Part shown: piece by piece, positions 39,310 through 60,747 of the stretch | How positions within the stretch are numbered: the first letter of the stretch is position 1 | Layout: every line of letters begins with the position of its first letter | From: Zygnema circumcarinatum SAG 698-1b | Lineage: Eukaryota; Plantae; Zygnematophyceae | Assembly (NCBI GenBank): GCA_037447605.1 | Contig: CM074806.1 | Span: forward strand, 124,001 to 188,000 | Reading direction: 5' to 3' | Length of the DNA: 64,000 nt | The notes under the pieces: generated by a model | The model's input: the letters and a program-made list of their open reading frames with translations, nothing else | What the model was told of the DNA's origin: nothing | Database searches by the model: none | Position numbers and translations under genes: made by a program

Positions 39310-42269
39310 ATGGCTTCCAGATGTACTCCTCTAAAGACCCCTCCCAGATCAGCGGGAAGCGGAGGCATCCCCACTCCGACAGGGAGCGTCTCCTTGTTAC
39401 GAATTCCGTCGGCAACAAAATCTCCCGTTTCCATTTTGAAAAGTTTAAGTTCTGCGGTTCTCAGCCCCTCCCTCTCCTTCAAATCCGCATCTGGAACGAG
39501 AGGTCTGGTGACTCCGGAGTCCACAGCTCTAGTAGAGGACAATTTCGAGGTGATTTCCTCTTGTTTTGGTTTTCTTTATCTCCTTTTTAAAAGCAACTTA
39601 CTGCTTGTGCGGAAGTCATTTGCGAACCCCATAAAATGAACCATTGTTCTTTATTTCGTGTGCAGGAGATCAGCTCGGGTAAAGTTCGGAAGTCAGTGTT
39701 CGTGTGGAGAATGTTGACGGTTATTTTTGTGGCTGGAATGGGATTGTATTTGTGTATGGCCACCATCAGCTTTTCAGTAAACTCCAGAACGCAAGGAAGT
39801 CAAGGTCGGTCAAGTTGGGTCCCTCTGAGTCTGGGGGGCGAGCAAAAGCTACAGCCTCCAACGATTGACAGCTGTCCCACTCTCTCGGAAGGAGCATATC
39901 CAGACAAGAGTTCTGTTTGCCGGCATTACCCGCGGCCATTGGCATATTCCAGGTAGGCAGCTTTCGTCACATTTGAGAGCAGAATTTAAATCAGGACTAT
40001 CTAATTGCAGTTTTGAATTTTCCTTTGGGAAATTCAAGATTATGCTGGTCTCTGTCCTCTTGCCTTTCACGCAGTCCCTCTCCCATCTCTCTCTTTCTCT
40101 GCGGCCTCTTGATCACTCAGCCCCCTCCTTCCCTATTTCCTTCAGTCTGCTTGAACGTCCTTTTTTCTCTCCTTTCTTCCTTCCTAACCTGCACCTCTCT
40201 CCTTCCCTACTGTCTTTCTTTGGCTCCGTTGTCTCCCTCTTTCTTTGCCCCTGCCCTCTCTGTCCCATTTCCTTGCTCGTCCCCCTTTGCCTTCTTCCTC
40301 CACAATTTCTCCTTCCCTACTTCTCACTGTCTTTCTTTCTTACGAAAAAACGATGAGCCCCCTCTCTTCTTCCTATTATCTAGTGTCGCTCAGAAGCAAG
40401 TTTGTTTTCTCTCTCCCACCCTCTCTCCCTCGCTCCCTTCCCCGCCTCCCCTCTCACTTTTTCTCCGAACGTTTTGCCTTCAGGAGTGAGTGTGCTTGCA
40501 CGCCGGTGCACAATTTTGTGATTCTTTCGATGCAGAGATCGGGTAGTGGCTGGTTTGAAACCCTCCTCAATGATCATCCTAACATCAGTTCTCATGGCGA
40601 AATATTTTCCATTCGACCACGCCGCCAAAATTTTACTACCATTAAGGAGACTTTGGATAGGATATACAACCTGGACTGGTTCAGCAGTGCTGCAAAAAAT
40701 TCTTGCACGAGTGCGGTGGGCTTGAAGTGGATGTTGAATCAGGTCTGTCCCTAGAACATTTTCTATTATTACTTTTACTCTTATTACATCCTGACTGCAC
40801 AAAAGCTGGCCGTAAAGCTGGTTAGGTAGAAACTTATTCCTGTCATGCAAAGCCTGTCCCACCAGAGACTCTGAAAATGTTGAACCAAACTGTCGAGCTC
40901 ATTAATTGCGAGACACCCTTTCTCTCTCCCGCTTTCTCTCGTTATTCGGAGGGTCAAGTAAAGTGTCAAGAGGTTCAGCCTGGCTAGCGGTGGACTTCAG
41001 TTAAAGGGGAGGCAATTCGTATTTTGTTTTTATTTTATATTTAAGTAACTTATTGAATACTTTCCTTTTGCAGGGGGCCATGGAATACAACAGAGAAGTG
41101 ACAGGCTATTTTCAAGAGAAGAGGGTTTCCATAATTCTACTTCTCCGGCGAAACCTGTTGAAACGACTTATTTCTATTCTTGCAAACGCATATGATCGTA
41201 AAGAAAAACAACTGAACGGTGCGCATAAGTCGCACGTGCACAGCGAGGCCGAGGTGAGTCAAACCGATTCCTACAGAACGGCGGAAAAGGGGGCCAAAGG
41301 AAACCTTGAGGCAGAGCAATTTTTTAAGGCGAAGAAACCTTAGAACTTCTGTGAACCTTGTATAGAACCCCAGGAAAGTCTATATCTCCACAAGCCACGA
41401 ACGAACTTAAGTGAATCCAAATCTTTATGAACTCCTCAAATGCTAAAACGTATAAGTCTATAAGGCTATTGAGAACCTGTTACTAAACCAAGAAATGATA
41501 AAAAGTGCTCGCCAAGAATCCTAAATGCGAATCCTGAATGCGAGAAATCCTTTGAATGGCGGAAATTTCTTCATCATTTCCTTGCATCGTCAGACTTCGG
41601 AAACCATAATCTTGAGACTTTCACATGCCTATAACTGGATATCAGGACTCTAAAAGTTCAGAGTTTCAGAGTCTGAGGATGCCCTTTTCCGTTCAGCAAA
41701 TGAAAGTTACAGAAAATACGTCATGCGGGTTCCTCTTTCTTTGTTTCCCTTTTCTCGCAGGCGAAAAAGTTGGCTGAGTTCAAGCCAACTTTAAATACAA
41801 AGCATCTGATTTCTAATCTTCAACGTGTGCAAGAAATTGCCGATGATGCGCTTCGCGTATTCAACCAAACAAGACTAACTCTCGTTTACTATGAAGATGT
41901 CGTGCGGGATCGCGGGGTATGTCGTTACAATCATTTCCATTATACAGTTTGCAGTTCAAGGTGGTCTAACTCTTGTGACATTGGTCAGTTCAGAAGCTTA
42001 ATTTACTTAATATGACGCTAGTCATGGACTAATTACGAGTTATGTTTGCTTTTACGTCTATTGATATGTATGGAATTTCGTGTGTTTTTCTTCAGATCCT
42101 GAACACAGTTCAGGAGTTCCTGGGAGTGGAGCTTCACGAGCTGAAAAGCAAGCAGGTGAAAATTCACACGAAGCCGCTGAAGGATCAGGTGGAGAATTGG
42201 GAGGACGTAGAGAGGAAACTGAACGGAACGGAGTATTATAAGTTCCTAACAGATTCAGAATATCAATAG
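39310..42269 (+). CDS. NodH-like / Stf0-type P-loop sulfotransferase, predicted type II membrane protein, 6 exons
   Basis: Exons: 39310-39549, 39666-39952, 40484-40742, 41074-41253, 41761-41916, 42096-42269. TM segment VWRMLTVIFVAGMGLYLCMATI. Family motifs: ECACTPVHNFVILSMQRSGSGWFETLLNDHPNISSHGEIF, AVGLKWMLNQG, LLRRNLLKRLISILAN, YYEDVV, QVKIHTKPLKDQVENWEDV. Confidence 0.9.
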
Positions 42270-43963
42270 CAACGACGACTGTTTCGTTTTACAGAGGTGG
42301 CCCCTTTCAGCCATGAATAAAGCCGTATCAGGCCAGTAATAGGAAACAAGAGTCGTTTAAGATGCGTAACTGGTAAAAGAGGGCAAAGGCCCGACACTTT
42401 ATCAGAGAAACGGCAAGATCTGGGCGCTTAGACATTTTTTACTTTTTGTAGGTTACACAGCATTTTGTTGCAAGCATTTCAGTAAACAATTCATGTTGTT
42501 TTTCTCCATATGGTTGTCGTCTTCCCAAAGAGTGAAAAAATAGAGTCGAGTTGTACAGATTGAATGCTGTGTTGGCATAAATCCATGAAAGGCCTTGTCT
42601 TGTAACAATCCAAGACCTGTTCCGCATGCTGCAATTAAGCCTAACATCAACATCAGGAGATGTTCTGGACGACTACCATGCTAAAAATAAACGAGGAGGA
42701 AACACACCCTCGAAACATTTGGTAACAGTCGGCCCTGAATCCTGAATTTTACCACCAAGTGGAGATCTGAATAGCCTTGTCTATGAAGAACGGGGATCGC
42801 TTCCATGGCGAGGGTCATTCACCATCATGACGTACATTTGAGTTCGGTAGTCTTAAAGGAGGCCAGGTGGGCCTCACTTCACCCGCCTATATCCTCTTGA
42901 TTCATTCACATAAAACCGAAATGAATTGCCATGAAAGGCCTAGTGAGACAGGAATTTACATGGCGACAAAGGAGGCCATCGGCAGGACAGCGCATCCAAA
43001 CCTCTTTTAGTTTCATTATGGCGTCATAAGACCCTTGGAACAAGCATTCACGATTGCTGTATTGTTCATCTTGTCAGTATTTGCAGTTTCCATGCATTCT
43101 GAATTCTTGATGAGGCAAATGCTAGACATATTGAAAATCTCCCAAGACACCCTAAAGAGCTAGCCATCGTTTTCTATGCTCTTTACTGTAACTGATCTGC
43201 TGCCTTGGCTCTAAATTGACCTGCCAATGGAGGATTTCTTTATGGTGTGCAGTTGAGCTGAGAGAATTCCGTCACTATCTGACCTCAAATCTATCAGTTC
43301 ATGTCCTGATCATCGTCATCAGGCTGCCAGCTGGCATGTCTGGGCAGGCAGTGTTAGACCGGAGACTGACAGAGATGCATCTCGGAGGAGAGAGCAGCGA
43401 AGGGTTCGGTTTTAACCTTTAAAATACAATTGGAAGGTACTCACTCAGACCTCACAGGAACTTGCCTTTCGTCCTTTCCCACTTCAAAACATCTGCTTGC
43501 CTTGGGCACAGCATGGCCTGCCATAATCTGACAAGTTGAAACATCATTTAACTAAAGCGATTTTTTCTTTGTCGACAACCTTGTTGTGACTGTTTCATAC
43601 AATGGAGCCATGGCAGCCTGTGGAATTCAGGGGAATCATTTTCCTGTTCTTTTCCTTTATCATAACTATGGAAGAGTTTTGTGTTGATGCTTGCAGCACC
43701 CCAAAGGCAAAAGCAACATTCCAAAAACACCTAAAGACGCGCTGAAACATTCCATACCTGTCCAAGACACGCCCACAAACACCATCCATGCGCCACAACC
43801 AGGAAATCAACAATTCCGTTTCTATGCCACATGGCAAAACTGTCACGTGGCAATGACGTGGCTCCTTGAAACTCCATGCTCCACGAGAAATAAACTAGAA
43901 CAAAAAGACGTTCCGAACGAATGAAATTTCCGGCAGCGTGGCAGCATTCCATTAGTTGTAAGT

Positions 43964-44043
43964 GCTGACGTGGTGCAATTTTGCTGACGAGGTTCAATTT
44001 GGCTGACGTGGATCAACTTTGCTGACGTGGTCCAACTTTGCTG
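43964..44043. repeat. 19-bp tandem repeat (4 copies plus a partial) carrying GCTGACGTGG, upstream of RPL21
   Basis: Units start at 43964, 43983, 44002 and 44021: GCTGACGTGGTGCAATTTT / GCTGACGAGGTTCAATTTG / GCTGACGTGGATCAACTTT / GCTGACGTGGTCCAACTTT. Confidence 0.85.
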
Positions 44044-44367
44044 TTATGCTTTCGTTATCTGAGATGACGGTGAGCACATGTGCGACTTATGGCGCAGTTC
44101 CAGTCCCGCAGCGCGTAAATGTCCTCACATAACGCAAATTTCACATGCGACGGTACCGCCCCCCGCCCGTCCTCAGCCGTCCGATCCGCCTATCGCCAAC
44201 CTGCACGCCTCCTCAGCCGTCCAATCTAGGTCACATCCCCGTGCTCCTCCTCCCTCAAGAGTCGCGCTCGCCCTTTGATCTCCCTCTTTCAGCCTCTGCC
44301 GCCGAGCCCTTCCCTTCCTCTCCCCTCCCCTCCCCTCGCACCTCTCCTCCTCCCTCTCGGAGGTGCC

Positions 44368-45667
44368 ATGAAGGGGCACGGGCTTCGCTCCCGCACGAGG
44401 GACCTGTTCTCCCGCGGGTTTCGTAAGAGTGGGTACATCCCCATCACAACCTACCTCCGCACTTACAAGGTGGGCGATTATGTGGACATTAAGGTGAACA
44501 GCGCTGTACAGAAGGGCATGCCCTTCAAGTTCTACCACGGCCGCACGGGTAGAATCTGGAACATCACCAAGCGCGCCCTCGGCGTGGAGATGAACAAACA
44601 GGTATGGACAAGCTGTGGCACTGCCAGAGCCTCTGCTATAGTATCTAATATGGCTCTGCTGTAGTCTCTCCTATAGGCTCTGCTATGGCCCTGGTATGGA
44701 CTCTGCTATACTCCCTTTATAATCTCTGCTAAAGGGAAGCGGGAGAATCCGCCTGTGAGACGAAGGTAGAAGGAGGTTGGGAAGGGGAGGCGGAGGAGAG
44801 CATCGCTGGGAATTTAGGGAATTCATGGATTCTAGGTTTTTTTCTGGGTTTTCGCGTTTTGGGTTTTTGATCTGAACCTTGACTCTCTGGGTCTTGGGGT
44901 ATTGGCAAAGTCTGGCGGTCTGCTCACCTTGAGAATTTTGGAGCTCGTGCTTTGAGGCTGGTTTCGCGGGGCTTTGTTGGAAGGTTAGGGTTAGGGGTTT
45001 TTTTTGCCCCCCTATGCAGAGGGTCATTTTTTCTTTTTTTTGGGGTCCGCTGAGCTGAGAAAGCCAGGCTGAAGTGGAGTTAACGGGTTAGGGCTATGCA
45101 TCGAAATGATGAAGGGAGGTCTGGATTCCCTTTTTTTTTTTTTTTCCCCCTTCCCTACTCCCTTCCTTCTTCCTCTCTCTACCCCTCCCGGTTTATTCCC
45201 TGTTTTTCCCGTCCCCGTTCTTTCCTTTCCCCCTCCCTCATTTCGTTAGAGCTCTCTTAGCATCATCACATGCAATTTTCTCCCAAAGGTCGCCAATTTC
45301 AATACTGGTCTGTTGTATCTCCATGGAGTTTTGATTGATTGGTTGATTATTCCAGCTGATTTTAGGGCTAAAGTGATTGCTCTGTGGGTGCTTTCGATTC
45401 TGCTACCAGGTGAACACCCGCATTGTAAAGAAGCGCCTGCATGTTCGCATTGAGCACGTGGAACCTTCCCGCTGCCGGGAGGAGTTTGTCGAGAGGCGAA
45501 CCAGGAATGATAAATTGAAGGCGGAGGCAAAGGCACGGGGAGAGAAGATCAGCACAAAGAGGCAGCCAAAGGGTCCCAAGCCCGGGTTCGTGGTGGGAGG
45601 ACAGACCATGTACACTGTGACTCCTATTCCGTATGATGTGGTGAACGACTTGAAGGGAGGATACTAA
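44368..45667 (+). CDS. RPL21: 60S ribosomal protein L21 (eL21), 163 aa
   Basis: Exons 44368-44601 and 45410-45667 give [61 protein letters not shown]...NKQ|[17 protein letters not shown]...[11 protein letters not shown]...[14 protein letters not shown]. Confidence 0.97.
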
Positions 45668-46193
45668 GTGTGTGGAGCATTTTTTAGCCTCCCCCAGTTA
45701 CTTGATGTTAAGCAGGTGGCAGGATAAGGAGCGGAAAAAGTTTGCTTGTACGGAATATTACAATGGAGCTAAGAAGTGGCAGCTGTTGGGGCCAGTTGTT
45801 TCTTTGTGCTTCTGGCAAGGAAGGAAGTCTTCTCTTCTCTCTAATGGAATGTGTCGAGCGGAACGTGGTGGTGATTCGAATTTGTTTGATTGTCGGGCTT
45901 GGGGTGTCAGTTTCTGGGTTTCTTTGGGCGATGTGGCAGGGACTGTTGTTTTTGGGATTGTGGCAGATAGAATAAGTTTGCAGTACTATGGAAAATTTGT
46001 ATTGAGTTTTATGGAGAGTTGTCGGGCGGATGATGGGCGCTTGTTTGTATGGGAAAAGCCTGTGAAGTGTGTTCAGCTGTGAACTTGGGAGGTGGTTTAA
46101 GGTATGTACAAACTTGGGCTCACAAAAGTTACTGTTCTGTTTGGAACTATAATTGGGTTTGTAGTGAAGATTGAGAGGGCATTTTATCGCTGA

Positions 46194-46649
46194 CAGGTTG
46201 GACCATTGGATCAACCATTGGAATGGCTGCGAACCCATTCGCGAACAGAGCAACCATTGTCAATGGTTCGACCCATTGGTTAGAAGGCTTTCTTGAAGTT
46301 ATCTTCAAATAGCCTCAAAAGTGTATTGCAAGCCAGCATATTTCAGTGAACAGTTCCTTGTTAATTTGCGATATAATCGCTAAAGCACCATCGCTTCCAA
46401 TAGATACAAGACGTTATTTCGAATTTGCCACTCGGCGTACAAAAGTTTGCGTTTTCTAGGCGATGGCGTCAACCATTGCAATGGTAACGAACCATTGGCG
46501 TCGGACCGAATTAACCATTGCCAATGGTCCCAACTGTTGGATGCCAATGGTTGCCCGCCATTCCAAGGGTTGGGAATCAACCATTGCATCGCCAACCATT
46601 GCCGTCCACTGCGACCAATGGTTGCCGAGCCAATTAATGGTCCGACCTG
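46194..46649. mobile_element. MITE-like element with imperfect 14-bp TIRs and subterminal AACCATTG/CAATGGTT arrays
   Basis: The left end reads CAGGTTGGACCATT. The reverse complement of the right end reads CAGGTCGGACCATT. More than 10 ACCATTG motifs occur in both orientations, in two terminal clusters (~46200-46282 and ~46470-46640) around a motif-free core. No TSD was found. Confidence 0.6.
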
Positions 46650-46794
46650 TGCCAAACTGCGTTAGAACGGGACTATTACGGTAACGTTTCTCCGTTGTGG
46701 AACACTTCCAATCACTACTTGCCACATGTCATTTTTGTCCATTTGGCGAATCACGATTGGATTTGATCGACTCCAGTACCTTATGAGTTATGAC

Positions 46795-47620
46795 CAGGGT
46801 TCGTCAAATAGGGGAGATCCCCTAAATATCGTAAATAGCTTATTTATGTAAGATTTTGAGATCAGTTTACGTGATTTCAACTTAAATACCAAACAAGCCC
46901 CAAAAAAGCATTTTTTTGGTTAAAAACAAAAAGGAAATGAATTGCATTTGCAACCACGATAGCAATGATGTATATGAACTTTACTTGTTGGTATAACAAC
47001 ACGGCTTTAGAAACTGGTGCAACCTCTTCGACTCTTATAGATTGGTAAATTTTACCAATCAATTAGAACAACTGTGCATTTGGAAATCACAACATATAGT
47101 TGCTTATTCAAAAACCCAATTGCTCGAAAACTTTGTAGATCCAATCCTAAGCTCTCTACTTCCTTTTCCATCCATCATTAATTACTCCAAGTATCACTTT
47201 AGAATCCATCATAGTCTTGAAATTTCCTCACAAAAACTCTATTCCAAATCATAACCTCTGAAATTCTAGGTGTAGTCACAAAAGAAAAACTGAAATAGGA
47301 ACTAAAATTAGAAATGAAATGACAAATGGTCCCACTCCCTTAGGAGTTTTAGGCTGAACAAGACAGCTATAGAAGTGATGCAAACTACTCAAAGAGACCC
47401 TCGAAGAGCGTTCAAACTATCAAACTGTTTGCAGTGAAGAATTCCTTCCAATGAAAAGTCTGTCAACCTCTTTCGAAACTCGTCTTTCTCCCAAACAATT
47501 CCTGTCTCGTCCGTACGTGTACGGTTTCGTTCGTACAGTCGATATTTACGTGTTTTTACAAAACCAATTTAGGGGACAGTCCCCTATCTTAAGCCGAAAT
47601 CCCCTATTTGACGAACCCTG
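46795..47620. mobile_element. Non-autonomous hAT DNA transposon (826 bp)
   Basis: Perfect 21-bp TIR CAGGGTTCGTCAAATAGGGGA at 46795-46815 and inverted at 47600-47620. Perfect 8-bp TSD GTTATGAC at 46787-46794 and 47621-47628. The interior is AT-rich with no transposase ORF. An 8-bp TSD and a (C/T)A(A/G)NG terminus are hAT hallmarks. Confidence 0.92.
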
Positions 47621-47963
47621 GTTATGACCCTAACGCTTGGAAGCTCCCGGAACTACAGTTGGCCCTTTTTTTGACCTACATAGAAAGGCAGTCTTCTCTT
47701 TCTGCCACATCCTTGGCCATTTTCCTCTCCCTGTCCCTCTCCCTCTCTCCCTCTCCTCTCTCACAACCACCACTTGTAGCAACTCATATACTTCTCTCGC
47801 TCCTTGTTCTCTTCTCTACCCACTGCTTTCAGCACCTGTTTTCTCGTGTTCGTCTAGTCCTCCTTTCCCTCCTCCTCCTCCTGGTCGTCGCCCTACTCCC
47901 CCTCCCTATCTTCCACTTCCTCCCTATCCTGCTCCTCCTTCTGCCCTCCTGCTTCTTTCATCC

Positions 47964-58540
<10,577 letters not shown>

Positions 58541-59727
58541 CTAGGGAATAGTTTTTTACTTTACTAAAAGAGTTTTACTTTATGCTGCGGGAGTTGAATA
58601 GACTTCCTCCGTGGCCCTCAAATCTCTCTGCTGTCGCAATATCATTAAGGACACTGGGGCTTTTGACCAGGTAGGTAGGATCTCTCTCCCTCTCTCTCCC
58701 TCTCTCTCCCTCTCTCTCTCCCTCTCTCTCCCTCTCTCTCTCCCTCTCTCCCTCTCCCTCGCTCTTTCTCTGCTTCACTCTCCCACTTTAAGTCAGAATT
58801 TCAAGAGGGAGGGGAAAGGGTGGGTCTGTCTGCTATTAGAGTTTGGTTACAAAGAGACGGCTTTTAGATAGATCCCACGATTTGCCACGGGAAATAGTTT
58901 GCAGAGCATGTTAGGGTCACTTTGTAGTGATGATGATGGAAAGCCAGATTTAGCGGCACATCGTTGTGAGCGTTGCGGACTAGCGCAACGTTGGATCGCG
59001 AATATGAAGTTCTAGTAGCATTGCGGCTTTGGGGGTGTGCGCTCAGTTTTAACTTGTTTTGAGCGGTTGGTTCCCCGTGGTCCCACATGTTGTTGTTGGC
59101 ATCTTGCGTGCACATTTCATGGCATCGCCATGCGTGAGACCCATGCCACCTCCATTCTGGAAGCAAATTTGAAGAATTCAACATTGAACATTTGAACATC
59201 CCCAAAGGTGTGGTTCTATGCTTCTGTTACCTTGGACCAGCACTGCGGTCAGCACATAGAATTGCCGTACAGACCTTGTAGGGCTCCCCAGAATTTCCAA
59301 CCAACTGATGGGCGCTATTCGGATCCTTGAAGCATATCAACGTACAGTACAGGATTGTCGTACATCGTACGAACGTTCCTTGTCCTCAGATAAGTCCTAA
59401 CTGTACAAATAAACTGAGGCCACATGTGCCCCCTCAGGATTGACCTCCGCCCCATCCTCTCAAAGGGAGGGAGTCTCCCTACCTGGCCCGCTCTCCCTCT
59501 CTCTCGAAGTCCATGGCTGTGGCTGAGCCTCCCTCCTCCCGCCTCTCCCGCCCATATCGAACCCCAAACTCCCTCTCGCCCCATTGCCGGCCTCTATCTA
59601 GCCTCTCTCCTGCACCTCTCTCGCCCTTCTCTGCCTCTACCGCTATAGGGTTTTGCTGCGTCTCTGCCTATGGCTCCCTCCGACTGAAGCCTCTCACAAA
59701 GGAGCTTTCCGCCGCCATAAATTGTCC

Positions 59728-60362
59728 ATGGGAGTCGCAGAGGAGGACGGCGAGCCAGCGCTGAAGAGACCGAAGCTTTCGGTTCAGCCGGCAGCAGTAG
59801 GGGCAGCCTCTCTCTCTCCCTCTCCCTCTCTCCCCCTCCCCCTTGGTTCTCTGTCTCTCTTCTCTCCCTGCTCCTCCTCCTCCCTCCCCCCTCCTTCCCT
59901 ATCCCCCCCAACAAAAGAATCTTCAGACATGGCTGGAAAGGGCGGCGGAGGCGGGGGAGCAGGGAAGCCTCTGAGGGCTCCTCCGCCGTCCGATTTAGAC
60001 AGGATCGGATCTAAAGGCCAGATAAGGCGCACGGAATTCGTGCGCCTTATAACGCAGGCCCTCTACTCTCTGGGCTACTCCTCCTCCGCCTCCCTCTTAG
60101 AAGAAGAGTCCCAAATTTCCCTCCAATCCTCTGCTGTTACAGATTTCCGCAATGGAATTTTAGAAGGCCATTGGGACGATTGCGTCATCCTCCTCTCTCA
60201 CATGCATCTCTCCGAAGACGACATGAAAAATGCCCAATTCTTAATCCTGCAGCAGAAGTTTCTGGAGCTCTTGGAAGCCTCAGATATGGCTTTGGCTCTC
60301 TTAGTACTGAGGGCTGACCTGGCACCTCTGGGCATTCACACTAAGAGGCTTCACCAGCTGGC
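59728..60362 (+). CDS. WDR26: WDR26-like LisH/CTLH-WD40 protein, N-terminal part only, ending at an assembly gap
   Basis: MGVAEEDGEPALKRPKL...IGSKGQIRRTEFVRLITQALYSLGY...LLEEESQISL...ILEGHWDDCV...FLILQQKFLELL...LAPLGIHTKRLHQL matches the plant WDR26 LisH-CTLH region. No WD40 repeats are present in the window. Confidence 0.88.
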
Positions 60363-60462
60363 NNNNNNNNNNNNNNNNNNNNNNNNNNNNNNNNNNNNNN
60401 NNNNNNNNNNNNNNNNNNNNNNNNNNNNNNNNNNNNNNNNNNNNNNNNNNNNNNNNNNNNNN
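60363..60462. other. Assembly gap (100 N)
   Basis: Exactly 100 N characters, the usual placeholder for a gap of unknown size. Confidence 0.99.
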
Positions 60463-60747
60463 GTTTCTTGAGGGAATTCAAAGACTGAAAACCCACAAGC
60501 TTCATCCTTAACTCAACTCATCGTCTCCTCTACCCCAGCTATAATTCTCATGTCAATCTCTTATCGGACAGAACAGCAGAACAGTAAATATCTTTGCAGA
60601 TATTTGTCCATTGATCTCTATTTGAATTTTCGAAGAATTGTAACGTATGGCATCCGTCAGCCCCCTGCTTGCATGCACTTGCAGAGGCCGGCTTCTATCA
60701 GCTTCAAACCAAAGCATGTCGAAGCATGGACATGGACATGTCTTTCT

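Noticed and set aside
22786-42269. Possible biosynthetic gene cluster (HAD hydrolase + FAD monooxygenase + sulfotransferase)
   Set aside because: There is no scaffold-forming enzyme. The genes are interleaved with COX5C and a PH protein. The sulfotransferase is a membrane-anchored NodH-like type and the HAD looks mitochondrial, so shared chemistry is unsupported.
45100-45360. C-box-like ATGATGA in the RPL21 intron (possible intronic C/D snoRNA)
   Set aside because: The nearest downstream CTGA is ~250 nt away, and there is no terminal stem or recognisable rRNA antisense element.
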